DNA of 64,000 nt, from NCBI RefSeq assembly GCF_006345805.1, contig NC_042998.1, positions 64,170,001 through 64,234,000 on the forward strand, read 5' to 3'. Shown here in pieces: positions 28,628 through 42,799 of the stretch. Under the pieces are notes generated by a model. The model was not told the origin of the DNA. It ran no database searches and saw nothing but the letters and a program-made list of their open reading frames with translations. Within the stretch, counting starts at the first letter, position 1, and every line of letters begins with the position of its first letter. The DNA comes from Octopus sinensis. Its lineage: Eukaryota. The position numbers were made by a program, and so were the translations under genes.

Positions 28628-28846
28628 TAAGGCGGCGATATGGCAGAATCGATATCAAGCCGAACGAAATGCTTAGCGGTATTTCGCCTGTCTTACGTTC
28701 CGATATCAAACTCCACCAAGGTGAACTTTGCCTTTCATCCTTTCCGGGTTGATAAATTAAGAACCAATCACGTACTGGGTCAATCTTATCGACTGGTCCC
28801 CTGACCCCAAATTTCAGGCCTTGTGCTTATAGTAGAAAAGATTATT
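28628..28846 (+). mobile_element. SINE family B
   Basis: AAGGCGGCGA..TGGCAGAATCG...GCCTTTCATCCTTTC.GGG..GATAAATTAAG...GCCTTGTGCTTATAGTAGAAAAGATTATT. Confidence 0.8.
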
Positions 28847-30322
28847 TCTAAGTATAAAATTAATCGAAAGTAACGCGCAGAGTATGTTGTAATTTGGCAT
28901 CTCTGTTTCTATATATTTACCAATTCCATTGGTATATTCGAAAACATTTTATGGAACAGATATGATTACTACTTTTATGATGGTTTCTCATTTATTGAAA
29001 CTGCAGTTAGTTGTGCGAAATGTCCAACCGCCTCTGTCCATAAAACTCTAGGATCGGCTTTTAATTTAAACTGAATTTAAACATGGTCCATGCGAACAAT
29101 TACGTTTTAGGCACGAGTATGAAGGGAACATATTAACTACAAACTTTCTCGCCAAACGTTAGACATAGCGCCTTTATCAAAATATTTTCTTAATATATTT
29201 ATCAAGTAATATAAAAGATTTATTTTTAGTTTGCACAAAACGCCTCTCTTCTTTTATAATCATGTTCAGTTTAGATATAAATGGCTTAAAGATTAAGGTA
29301 TAAACAGGAAAAACTATAGAATTTATACAATAACATAGAGTGTAGGAAGTCAAACCAGTTATATTTCTGAAAAAATATTTTGTTGCTGCCGGCATTGCTG
29401 TGTTTATATTGAAATGTAAATAGAAATGATAACAAGTCAGAGTATAGTAAATGAAATGACTTTTAGCTATGTCAAAAAATTATGGAATTCATTTTTTAGT
29501 TTATGATAAACTGAGCAGAAATCTGTGATTTATAATTATAATATTAGCATGTTTACACTTTACATTCTGCCATTTATTTTTTGATTCATATTTTAATATG
29601 TTATGATCCAACGCTATCGGGGGGAAAATGGAGTTTCAAATTGAATATGAAAATAAGAATTATTGTAAAAAAATATATATACTGTAAAGACAATAACTAG
29701 TATGTAAACATGAAAGATAACGTCACAGAGCAAAGATATTTTGAATATATGTGTGTGTGTATGTGTATGTATGTTTGTGCAAATTTATATGTATAAATAT
29801 ATATATGTGTGTGTGTGTATGCGTGTGTGTTTTTGTTGGTATTTTTATACACTAATATACCCATACACATGTGTGTCCGAAAATAGTGCACACAAAATAT
29901 ATGTGGTATCCAAATGTGTGTGTGTGTGTACATATATGTCTGAGCGAGTGTATGTGTTCATTAAATTATTTGTTTACCTTCTGTAGAGGTGTAAATGCTT
30001 CCAGTAAGTCATAAATTTATCATGTATGGTATTTGATATATCTCTCTTCAGCTTCATCGTCTATATCATCTCTTCTAGAGGTTTGGCTCATATATCTTAT
30101 CTCATATATTCATAATTCGGCTAATTACCGTAAGTCAAAATGTCCTCTATTTTCTTTCGTATAAGTAATCTTATGTCTGTTCGGAGTAACCGCAAAACTA
30201 TGCATTGCCGATGACACTTGTTCGGCTGAAGCAAATCTTACTTCAAGTTATGTCAATCATAATTCTGTCTTGTCGTGAACGGTACATTCCTCCAGCAGAG
30301 TTGTCGATAATTTCATATTATC

Positions 30323-30522
30323 TAAGGCGGTGAGCTGGCAGAAACGTTAGCACGCCGGACGAAATACATAGCGGTATATTGTTTGTCTTTACGTTCGGAG
30401 TTCAAATTCCGCCGAGGTCGACTTTGCCTTTCATCCTTTCGGGGTCGGTAAATTAAGTACCAGCTGCGTTTGGAGTCGATCTTATCGACTGGCCACACCC
30501 TTGTGCGTAGAGCAGAAAAGAA
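30323..30522 (+). mobile_element. SINE family B
   Basis: AAGGCGGTGAGCTGGCAGAAACGTTAGCACGCCGG...GAGTTCAAATTCCGCCGAGGTCGACTTTGCCTTTCATCCTTTCGGGGTCGGTAAA. Confidence 0.85.
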
Positions 30523-31226
30523 TTTGACATTATCTCTCTCTGTAGTATAGATACAGTTGATATATCTGACGGATATCTGAGTACAATTACTCGAAGAAAA
30601 ATGCTTCACGCCAACAAGAATTTATACTGTAAAGTCTTTAGCATATCGATTTTTCCCTTATTTTTTCTAAATTCCTGCCACTTACCAGTCTTCGTTATTT
30701 CTCTTAATTCATACTTTTGATGCTGTCTTCCTCACTCCCCCACCCCATTTTTAACCACCTCCATTCAATTGCTTTCAATATAAATACCTGGTAGAAAATT
30801 TTTCTCTTTGCTTACTTCTGTCCCTCCGAAAATTTCATTTACTCTATCGTTCTAACTTTTCCTCGTTTCCATCTTCATCGTAGAATTTTTTTCTTCTTCT
30901 ACTTTTCAAAATTAAAATAAAAAAAGTTATTTTTTTAAACTAAAATATACTCTCCCTCATTTTCTACAATGAATTCCAATCTATCTCATAGACTTGCAAG
31001 GCGCCTCTTCCAAAATACACTTGGCCGTAACGATTTGTATCGGCCTGTACTTTCCGTTGGATAACTTCGGTGGGATAGGAAGTGGGTATGGTGCGCATGG
31101 GCAACTGTCGATTATCCACACACAACCTTGATCAGCCTTGCGCCTGCGAGGGTATGTTACTAGGTGCAATTCCATGGCTATTCATGACCGAAGCAGTATT
31201 TACCCTTTCCTTATTATTATTATTAA

Positions 31227-31314
<88 letters not shown>

Positions 31315-31423
31315 ACATCATCAGCTTCATCATCATCATCATCATCATCATCATCGTCATCATCATCATCATCATCATCATCATTATAATTATTATAATT
31401 ATTTTATTATTATTATTATTATA

Positions 31424-31503
<80 letters not shown>

Positions 31504-31507
<4 letters not shown>

Positions 31508-34500
31508 TAGTTTTATTTTTATAGCTTGCTTTCACTTCACTACCGAGCACTGCTTTGTGTGCCTTGGGTATGTGCTGTGATTTGTTGTGATGCTCTGATG
31601 GATATTGTATGGAAAGTGTTCTGCGTAGGATGCGTGCAGTGCCTAGTAGTGCAATTTTCTGTATGTTATATGTGTTTGTAAGTCCTGGTCTTTTTGTTAT
31701 GTATTTGTCTGAATATTTTTTTATCATGCCTAATGCACCTACTATGATAGGAATTGTTTGTGTTTTCAGATTCCACATTCTAGTTACCTCTATTTCCAGG
31801 TCTTTGTATTTTGAGAGTTTCTCCATTTCTTTTAGAGACACGTTGTCATCAGCCGGTATTGATACATCAATTAGAAAGCATTTTTTTTCTTCATGATCTC
31901 TGACAACTATATCTGGTCTGTTGGCCTTAATTTCTCTATCTGTGTGTATCGGCATATCCCAGAGTATGGTTGCTTTCTCGTTTTCTGTGACCTTTTCTGG
32001 TGTGTGCCTATACCATCTTTTTTCTGTGGTTATTCCATAATGTTGGCATAGCTTCCAATGTATGTAGGTTCCAACTCTGTCATGTCTGTGAATATATTCC
32101 TTCTTAGCTAAGACTGGGCAGCTAGAGATAATATGATTTATTGTTTCTTGTCCATCTCCACATATTCTGCAGTTACTTGTAATATTTCTTTTCATTACAT
32201 GTTTTTGGTAATTCTGGTGGGGAGGCTTTGGTCTTGTGCTGCAATTAAAAATCCCTCTGTTTCTGCTTTGAGTCCTGAGCTTCTCAACCATTGCTGGGAT
32301 TTTTCTTTGTCTATTTCTTTTGCGTTTAGTTTAGTCCAGTATTTACCATGAAGGGGCTTTTCTTGCCATCGTTTTATCATGGTTCGTTGCTGTTCGATTT
32401 TTAGTTTGGATTTCATTTGTTTTATAGCTTTTGTTTTTTCTTCATCTTCTTCTTCTTCTTCATGTTTATTAGGTGGTATGATTTCCTGTTTGTATTTGTC
32501 AGCTTCCTTAAATACTGAGAACAGTTTTTTGTTTTGCTCGTATTTTGCCGATATTTGTATTAGTTTTCCTTCCTTCTGAAGTAGATATTTTTGCAATCCT
32601 ATGGTGGTTATTTTATAGTAGTTTTCCAGCTGTATAAGGCCTCTACCACCTTCTATACGTTGTATATATAGTCTTTCTATGTCAGATTTTGGGTGATGCA
32701 TCCTAGATCCTGTCATTATTTTTCTTGTTTTCCTATCTATTTTGGTCAGTTCATTTAGTGTCCAGTTAAGGATATTGTAGCTGTAACTTATAACTGGGAC
32801 AGCTAAAGTGTTGATACCTATTATCTTGTTTTTAGCATTGAGCTCTGTGTTTAGTATTGATCTAACTCGTCTATAATATTCTTTTTTTATTTTCTCTTTC
32901 ATTTGTGTGTGTTGTGTCTTATCTAGTTCATGGATTCCTAAGTATTTGTAAGTTTGGCTTTGGTCTAATTCTTTTATTTCATTGGTTTTATCTAGTGTGA
33001 TGTTGTTACTCTTAACTAGTTTTCCTCTTTTCAGGGTTACCTTGGCGCATTTTTCTAATCCAAATTTCATATCTATTTCTTTGGTAAATCCATGAACTGT
33101 CTTTAATAGTGTTTCCAGCTGTTTGTCATTTGCAGCGTATAGTTTTAGGTCATCCATATATAAAAGGTGGCTGATCGTTTTGCCGTAACATTTATATCCG
33201 CATCCAGTTCTATTTAGCATATCAGATAGAGGTGACAGTGCCAAGCAGAAAAGGAGTGGAGAGAGCGTGTCTCCCTGGAATATTCCTCTTCTAAGGGGAT
33301 ATCTTTGGTTTTCATGAGTCCCTCTTTTGTTTGGAGGTGTAGGGCTGTTTGCCATTTATTCATAGAGTGCTCTATGAATTTTATGATTGTTGGTGCTACT
33401 TTGTTAGTGTTTCGAGGATCCATGTGTGGGGGATGCTATCAAACGCCTTTTTGTAGTCAATCCAGGCCATACAGAGGCCTTTCTTCTTTCTGTGGCTGTC
33501 TTCAGTTATGGCTTTATTAATCATTAGTTGATCTTTACAGCCATATGAGCCTTTGCGGCATCCTTTCTGCTCTTCTGGGAACAGTTTGTTTTCGTCCAGG
33601 TGCTTGTTCAGCCTTTGTGATATCACTGCAGTAAACGCCTTGAACATAGTAGGGAGGCAGGTTATTGGTCTGTAGTTTTCTGGTTTTTCTGTTTCATTTG
33701 ATTTGGGAATTAAGATGGTTTTCCCCTTCGTGAGCCATTCAGGCATTGCCTCTGGCTCTGCTAGTACGTTGTTAAAGTTTTCAGCCAGCTTTTTGTGCAT
33801 TCCTGTTATATATTTCAACCAGAAGTTGGGGATCTTGTCATGCCCAGGTGCCTTCCAGTTGCTTAGTCTTTGCAGTGCCTGGGTGACCTCTTCAGTTGTT
33901 ATGGGGGTCCAAAGTTGTTCAGATGCCGAGTTTGTTATTCTGATACTCCTTTTTTTTGGTGGTTCGTTCGCCGACCATATTTCTCCCCAGAATTCTTCCA
34001 ATTCTTCTGCCGTTGGTGCTGCAGTGACTTCTATTTTATTTTTTCCCAGTTCTTGGTAGAACTTTTTGGGGTTAGAGTTGAACTTTTTGTTTTCTTCAAA
34101 GAAGCGTTGGCGTTTCTTGTACCGGCGGATCCTTTGTGCTTTGGCAAGGATATCTTGCTTCAGCTTTTCTTTTATTTCAGGCAAATCTTTCTCTGTGATG
34201 TTATATTTGCGGAGTATTTTTGTTCTCTTTTTGTTGCTCAGTAGCGTTGATTGTTTGCTGATTTCATTAAGAATCGACAGGTCTTTTCTATTTTTTTTTA
34301 TTTTGCTTTGGATGTTATTTATCCACAGGGTTTGTTTGGGTCGTGGTACTCCTGTTTGGGCGGGTTTGGGTGAGTATCCAGCTTCTTTTGTGGTTGCAGT
34401 GGCTGCTGCGTATATTAGGTTATTTAGCTCAGTGTTATCACTTTTTTTTTATTCAGTGGCTATCAGTTCAGTGACGGCTAGATTTATGCTGTTTATAATA

Positions 34501-34768
34501 GGTGTTGTTATTTTGTTTATTTTGATTCTTGGGAGGTATGGTCGGTGGTCCATTTTGAGCTCTGTGGTTTTCAGTTCTTTGATTATTTCAGTTTTTATAT
34601 TATCATAATCATTAGGCTCCCCTTCGTTGTTTACATCGTGTTTGTTGGGAATGTTGCGTTTGTCTTCGTGTTTTACGGTTTCAGTGTTTATATTATTGGG
34701 CATTGTTGTGTGGCTTCTATCTACATTTTCCTGGTGTATGTTTTCTTTTAGGTGTTCTATTTCTATTA
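31504..34768 (-). mobile_element. R4/Dong-type non-LTR retrotransposon (RT + CCHC + restriction-like endonuclease), 5'-truncated, in (TAA)n
   Basis: NWKAPGHD, YRPITCL, WIDYKKAFDS, GIFQGDTLSPLLF, HLLYMDDLK, CRICGDGQETINHIISSC, RHD, RPDIVV, IDVSIP, K..KY; a few 1-bp frameshifts. Confidence 0.93.
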
Positions 34769-34811
34769 TTATTCTTCTTCTTCTTATTATTATTATTACT
34801 ATTACTATTAC

Positions 34812-34900
<89 letters not shown>

Positions 34901-34931
34901 GTATCATTATTATTATTATTATTAATATTAA

Positions 34932-35019
<88 letters not shown>

Positions 35020-35129
35020 ATTATTATTATTATTGATGTTATTAATATTATTATTATTATCATTATTATTATTATTATTATCATTATTATTATTATTATT
35101 ATTATTAATATTATTATTATTATTATTAT

Positions 35130-36289
35130 TCAGTAGTTTTATTTTTATAGCTTGCTTTCACTTCACTACCGAGCGCAGCTCTGTGTGCCTTGGGTATGTG
35201 CTGTGATTTGTTGTGATGCTCTGATGGTTATTGTATGGAAAGTGTTCTGCGTAGGATGTGTGCAGTGCCTAGTAGTGCAATTTTCTGTATGTTATATGTG
35301 TTGTAAGTCCTGGTGTTTTTGTTATGTATTTGTCTGAATATTTTTTTATCATGCCTAATGCACCTAATATGATAGGAATTGTTTCTGTTTTTAGATTCCA
35401 CATTCTGGTTACCTCTATTTCCAGGTCTTTGTATTTTGAGAGTTTCTCCATTTCTTTTAGAAATACGTTGTCATCAGCCGGTATTGATACATCAGTTAGA
35501 AAGCATTTTTTCCTCATGATCTTTGACAACTAAATCTGGTCTGTTGGCCTTAATTTCTCTATCTGTGTGTGTCGGCATATCCCAGAGTATGGTTGCTTTC
35601 TCGTTTTCTGTGACCTTTTCTGGTGTGTGCCTATACCATCTTTTTTCTGTTGTTATTCCATAATGTTGGCATAGCTTCCAATGTATGTAGGTTTCAACTC
35701 TGTCATGTCTGTGAATATATTCCTTCTTAGCCAGGACTGGGCAGCTAGAGATAATATGATTAATTATTTCTTGTCCATCTCCACATATTCTGCAGTTACT
35801 TGTAATATTTCTTTTCATTACATGTTTTTGGTAATTTCTGGTGGGGAGGCTTTGGTCCTGTGCTGCTATTAAAAATCCCTCTGTTTCTGCTTTGAGTCCT
35901 GAGCTTCTCAACCATTGCTGGGATTTTTCTTTGTCTATTTCTTTTGCGTTTAGTTTAGTCCAGTATTTACCATGAAGGGGCTTTTCTTGCCATCGTTTTA
36001 TCATGGTTCGTTGCTGTTCTGTTTTTAGTTTGGATTTCATTTGTTTTATAGCTTTTATTGTTTCTTCATCTTCATATTTATTAGGTGGTATGATGTTTTG
36101 TTTGTATTTGTCAGCTTCCTTAAATACTGAGAACAGTTTTTTGTTTTGCTCGTGTTTTGCCGCTATTTGTATCAGTTTTCCTTCCTTCTGAAGTAGATAT
36201 TTTTGCAATCCTATGGTGGTTATTTTATAGTAGTTTTCCAGCTGTATAAGGCCTCTACCACCTTCTATACGTTGTATATATAGTCTTTC

Positions 36290-36290
<1 letters not shown>
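35130..36290 (-). mobile_element. Second, shorter copy of the same R4/Dong element (3' ~1.16 kb)
   Basis: Highly similar to 31504-32680 with the same 3' terminus; (ATT)n on both sides. Confidence 0.92.
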
Positions 36291-36365
<75 letters not shown>

Positions 36366-36439
36366 GCTGTTGCTGTTATTGTTGTTGCTATTATTGTGAG
36401 CTTTTATGTTTTTTTCCTATCTTGATCAATGTCTTCGCG

Positions 36440-39400
36440 AAACTTAGGGAAAGGAGCTCCCAAATAAACGCACATTCTCCCTTTGCAAAGTGAAATATAA
36501 TGAATGAAAGAAGAAAGATAAAAGAACAAAAAAACAGAAAAGAGAATATAAAACAATTATTTTGCTTCTAATTATTCTCAGAACAATAATACTCTTCTTA
36601 ATGCCTATCACGTACCATTTGACGGAATCTTTTGCACTCCTTGCATGAATGGTTATCATGAATAGCCAGTTATCATGCCAAAATGTTTTTCCTTTCGTCT
36701 TTTGATCTTTCCAAGTGGTCCTACAATCACTCGTATTGATATGTCACAGTTTTTCGATTTCAATGAGTCAATCTTTATATTTTCTGAGTTTGTCAAATTC
36801 TTTGCCTAGATATGTTGATCAGAAGGAATGCTTATGCCGTTCAGTAAACTGATTTTATTGTTTTGGTCTTTCTCAACAATATCCGGTTTATTAGCTTTAT
36901 AATTATCTCTGTATGTACTGGAAAATGCTAAAGGAACGTCACATTTTCTCCCTCACGTACAGCTGGTGCGTATGCTATTTGTCAACAGTTTTGATTGTAT
37001 AATGCCGAGATATTAACCAGTGTAGATATTGGCGAACTCTATCATGCCTTGCTTCATACTCCAGTGGTGTTAAAACTTTACATCCATAGATTAAGGGGTC
37101 CACCGTTTCCATCTCATCATTGCAGAATCAGCACTTTGGACCTATTTTATTTTTCATCATATTGACTTCGTAGTTCCGGATCGATGATCTTTTATTTTGA
37201 CCACCTACGATAAAAATTCGCTCTCTGTCCTTAGCAGTGAGATCCGTAGCCATTTATGGATGTGCATTTTTGCTAATGTTCCACATATTTGCCATGCAGA
37301 AGTCTATGCCTCCCTATATCAACCAATTGTTCATACACTTTTTTCCCTTATCATTGACTTCACCTTTTTGCAGCAGCAATTGCTACATTTCCCTGGGTTC
37401 AGCCTGGGTATTATTCATGAATTCCCTACAAAATATGTTGGTCAGCTTCATGGCACAATGAAATTTATTAAGTCTTACGTGATTTTGGAACGGGTTTTAT
37501 CATCCAGTCATTAGATGTTACACTATATGTTGGACAGTCCATCCATTTGTGGTGGTTTTGTAAGACCGAACCATGACCGAACCATGCCTCAATCTTCTTG
37601 GGTCCTAGGAAGCTAAAGATGACCTACGTCAGCTTTTGGGTCTTACATCTTATTGCAATTCAGCAACTTACAGATTTTCTCATGAATTTTCTTTATTTCA
37701 CTGATATCCAGTTCAACACATTGGAACTATAAATAAGAAAGGAAAAGGCTAAGATATTTATAGTTAGCACCTTGTTATGTGAATTCAGCTCAGATTGGAG
37801 AACTGCAAGATCCCTACTATATAATTCCTTGCTGATTTTCTCTTTCATTCTTACATGATGAATGCCAGAGTTTTTATTTATTCCCTGGTAGTTGTAAGTG
37901 TGTTCCTGCTCAAGTTCTTTTATAACTCAGACAATATCTAACACGACTGAATTTGGGGTTTACGATGTCCATTGCTGGGAAATGACCTTGGCACATTTAT
38001 CAAGACCAAATTCCAGTTAGATGTCATTACCAAATGCTTTCATGTCATGTTTTCTAGTTCCCAATTATACACCCATATCCTGTTCTGTTACGTTCACTTC
38101 TGAGTGGTATTAGAGCTATCGAAAAATTAGCTGTGAAAGTAAATCACTTTGGAAAATTCCACAGTTGATTCTAATATTGTGTGTGAAGTTAGTACACTAT
38201 CAGCGTGGTATCACTGGAGATTCGTATATCATCATAACATATTATGCTTTGGGGAGTTTGAAATCCACCAATTTCAAGATCTATGATTGTGATATGCTGT
38301 TAAATGACATTTTATAATCAATCAATGCAGATATTGGACTTCTAAGCTTGCCATGACAGTTCTCAAGGATCATTCGATTAATTAGCAATTGAGCTTCGCA
38401 TCCATATGAACCTCATTCGCACCGTTTTGGTTCAGTGAGGAAAGTATCCGTCTGTGCTATAAATGCTTATATTCTCTCTCCAAGAGGTAGAGTGTTAACA
38501 TTTTACAAGTGGTTGATAAACAGGTTATGGGCCGATGGGTTTGTTAGACTTATGTTTCATCATTCTTTGGAAGTTCTTAATACCTTTTGCTAACCAAACA
38601 TATGATTTCTTAGAGTCTCTCGTAAGTTCCTTGAACAGCTGAACTAACTTTTCGTGCGTGCACGAGAATGATACAAGCTAGAAATTTGGTACCCTATATT
38701 AATCGGAAGGTTTCCACTTATGAGCCATCATGAGTGACATCCTTATATCTGCTATTGTGATGTCTTCTCATGCTTGTCGGCTAAATTTTGGTAGCATCCT
38801 TCTGTGCGTCAAATCCAAGCTGCATTTTCATTATTTGCCTTTCCATCACTCCAAAAGTTTTCCAAAAGCTCTCGAAGACGATCGGTACTTCGCCGGTTAT
38901 GTTTCTTTCCCTTTCTCTCTGCAGAATGATTTGACATTGAATGTGAACAGTTTATTTTGTTATTAAAACTGGTTTCACTTCTCAATTTTTTTTATTCTTT
39001 TGTGTTTTTGCTTCACCTTTTTGTTGCAGTGATTTATCTTTTCGATATCAGTTCGTCGCTTGTTGAGAATCCATATATCGTTTTCATCCTCGTTCCTTTT
39101 CTGAATCTTAATCATTTCCACAAATGAATTCCTTTAATATTGAAAAATTCGCTTTTATTAATTGAATCTCTTTTACAATTTTACTTCTCTACGTTGGTTT
39201 CTGCTCAGGTTTGGTTTCATTTGTTCCTTCGGAGGCATACAATTGGTTTTAATTGCCTTAGCAGGTGTGTATACAATTTCAATCAATTTACTCAGTGACT
39301 TGCGGTTTTCATTCTTGTATAGATTCGTTTGATACATAATTGCCAATTTTACTTTTATTTTTCTTTTAATTTGTATTTGAGGACTTACGAAGTGGTTCTT

Positions 39401-40030
39401 TATCATTCGTACTTGCATGTCTTACAACCATAAGCTTATTCAGAATATTCTGCTTCATTTCCATCATAGACACTCGGTATCCTTCAGCAAAATGTGCTCT
39501 TCTCATACAGTCTCTTTATAAACCTTCCTCGCTATCTTTATCAGATTCATTAGAATTTCTTATTTCTTCCGGCATGTGCACAATTCGGGCAGGCGACAGT
39601 CTTTCAATTAAGACTTGTGATGAGATGCGTACTTCATCTTATCCTTCATTTCCTTCCTGCTTTATTTTACGTCATCTTCCGTTATGTGCTTGATCGTGAC
39701 TATGTTACTATCGTGATCATTTAACTGTTGTTTCTAAAGATATCCCTCCTAACGTTTCTTAACTTGTCTTGTTTCTTAACTTGTCTTCATTTTCTTAACT
39801 TGACTTGATTTCGTGTTCTCCATATTTTATAAGATTTTGTATTGTCTCTCTTGGGATGGCCTACCAAATGCATAATAATAAAAGTATATTACTTCATTAT
39901 ACTCCTCCCAGGCCCATTTGATCCTCTTACTACTTCCTGAGGTGGCTGTGGTGGTAAACTTGGGGGGTAAAAGATGAGATAGTTCCCGTTCAAGTGAAAT
40001 TTTGTACGGCATTAATTTTGTTAGAATGGA
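36440..40030 (-). mobile_element. Old, heavily mutated R4/Dong-like copy
   Basis: Colinear degenerate similarity to the young copy (e.g. GGCACATTTATCAAGACCAAATTCC ~37990, CCATATGAACCT ~38402, GTTATGGGCCGAT ~38524); N-terminal RIKWAWEEYNEVIYFYYYA. Confidence 0.7.
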
Positions 40031-42322
40031 GCCCTGTGCAGGTCATGTTGAGACTGTTATTAATGTTACCTGTATCACTATTATCAACACGATTACAGCC
40101 GTTACAATTGCCACTACCATGCGATTACAACAGCCGTGCACATCATTGATTATCACTACTAATGTGGCTATCTCTGTCCTTACGGCCACCCGCTGTTATC
40201 ACAGCAACAGTGTAACAACGTTATTGTCGTTGTTACTGTTACTATTTTATTAGCTGCTACCGGGCTGGCAAAATTAAATTAACTCCTTAATTTTGTGGAG
40301 TATTATCAAGTATTGTTAGATTCAACACTTGTCTTGTAATCGAAATGTTTATAACTAGATACGAATTAAAGGATGATAGTAGGAGGAAGAGACGCAGCTT
40401 GGTGGACACTCAACCAGATAATATCAGTCTTCGTCTGTCTTCCACAAGTTCAAAATAAACGCCTCAACCTACTTCATTTTGGTAATATTTAAGGGTTGAC
40501 GTTACTCCTCCAGTAAGTAAAGAAGGAATAAGAAGCGTGCGATTGTTATAGAGTGAATAATATTTCGACACTTCGTGTATCTTCCACAAGTTCAAGATAA
40601 TCATCTCAATCTAATTCATTTTAGTAATATTTAAGGATTGATGTGGAAGACATACGAAGTATCGAAATATTGCTCATTCAATAACAGTCGCACAATTTAT
40701 ACATTGTACATTTGCTATTGTTATATAAATAAACTAAACAAGACCTTAAGGAACTGGTTGGTCTTTTTATCTCTGTAGGTATTATGAGTAAATTCGGAGT
40801 TTGTTTAGCCTAACACACCCTTCTAGGTTTGCTTAAGAGAGAAAAATAATTTTCCATTGCTTCAAGAATCCCTGTCTTCACCATCACAGGAACAACTAAT
40901 GAAATCAATGGCAACAAAATGCAACAACTCTAGTGACAACACTGCACCACCAGCACCACTACCAGCTCCACCAGTTCAACAGCATTCTACCACCACTAAC
41001 ACCACCAACATCATTTAAAAAATAACAACAAAGAAAACGAACGATGCGAATCCACTGTTATCGTTTTCACCCACGCGACAGTCGGCATATATGTGAGGAA
41101 ATTTTTATTATTGAAAATGAAAATGAATTTAAAACTGAAATGTATGTTAGAGAAATGTGGGGACAATGTGGGACTAAATGTCCATAAGATCCATCCAACA
41201 AGAAACTAATTTGCAGACATTTCTATACAAGACAATTGGAACAAGGTGTAGAATAGAGCAGGTAATACACCAGCAGAATGAAAAATTTGCGACCAATTTA
41301 GAAGAGAAAAATCTGATATAACTAGGGGGAAAATATGGGAATGTCGAGGTGAGAATCGCCTTAGGAGAGCAGGCGAAATAGCACTCAACCACCACCTTAA
41401 CGAGAGAAGAACTCATCCTTGCCCCCATTTGCCTTGACGGAAGCGTGTACAAAAATGACAATAATAAATATACCACCAGAGACCAACTGATCTGTCTGCG
41501 CCGTATGGCATTCGGACTGGGGGCTATGGATAATTTTCAGAAATTTATACCAGGCTGGGCTACTGAGGTGGTGGAGCATTGCTGCTTCGGGATAAACTCT
41601 ACAGACATGTAAGTGCTGTCAGTGTGCAAAGAGACGAAACTGTTTTAGATACTCTCGTCCAGTACCCGAGTATTGCACATCTATGTATTTATGTCGGATA
41701 CCTTGTGTCAAGTGTAAGACGGATCCGTCTATCGGGTAAGACCACTGTGAAACTCACCACATCGACTCTCCTTGGCTGGGAAGGGAAGGCAGTGTTAATT
41801 TCTCAGGTACCCTTAGCGAATGAAATTGTGTAGTGGACCAGACTGAAAATGGGTTAAAGACAGATACTTTTCCCCTTGGTCAAGTCTTCATCAATTTTGA
41901 TTTCAAGTTTAAATTCAATGGAAAATAAGGGTAGAGAGGGTAGTACTGTCTTCCAGAAATTTTGCTGAAAGGTGGGTGAATGTGGATAAGATTGGTCCTA
42001 GTGAACGGGCCTACTATAGCATGTACCTATAGACAGCGGGGCCTGTACAAGCATTTCTCAAAATACGATCCTACAGGTCAATGCGTACGTGGTTTCGGAG
42101 GTCTCTGTTCCAGGAGAATGTTTACATTGTTAAAATTTGTTTTCGTTTCCACTGTTTACATGCTCCATTTTAAGTAACCCCACATTGTATTGCCTTGTAA
42201 AATTGCAATGTGTTTTTCTTTGTGGGACTTTGTAATTGATAAAGAAAACACTACTGTTGTTGTTGTTGCTGCGATTGTTATCATGAGCATCATTATCTTC
42301 ATCAGTAGTAACAGTAGCAACC

Positions 42323-42371
<49 letters not shown>

Positions 42372-42414
42372 CATCATTATTATTATTATCATCATCATTA
42401 TTATTATTATTATA

Positions 42415-42513
<99 letters not shown>

Positions 42514-42799
42514 TTGCTATTAATCCAAGTCTTGATAATTTTTTTCCTTTGTTGGCTTACACTTTATTGATTATGTTTTTATTCAATAGTTGCCCGATAA
42601 TTATTTTTTGTGTGTATTGTGCGGCAAGTCATGGGAAGTGAAACTCTAGCCTTATTCTGTGTTATGTTTAGACAAATAATATGAACGTAATTTTTTTTAA
42701 ACATTATTTGAACAGGGTCCTTTGTATTTTGGCATCGCAACTAAATGTTAGCCACAGGGTTAGTTGCAACTGCATTAAAACATTCGCTCTCAACTAAAT

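Noticed and set aside
31609-34608. Plus-strand ORFs over the Dong element
   Set aside because: Antisense shadows of the retrotransposon ORF
41100-42180. Possible host exon or coding region
   Set aside because: Only short ORFs with frequent stops and no recognisable motif; probably decayed transposon sequence, unassignable by eye
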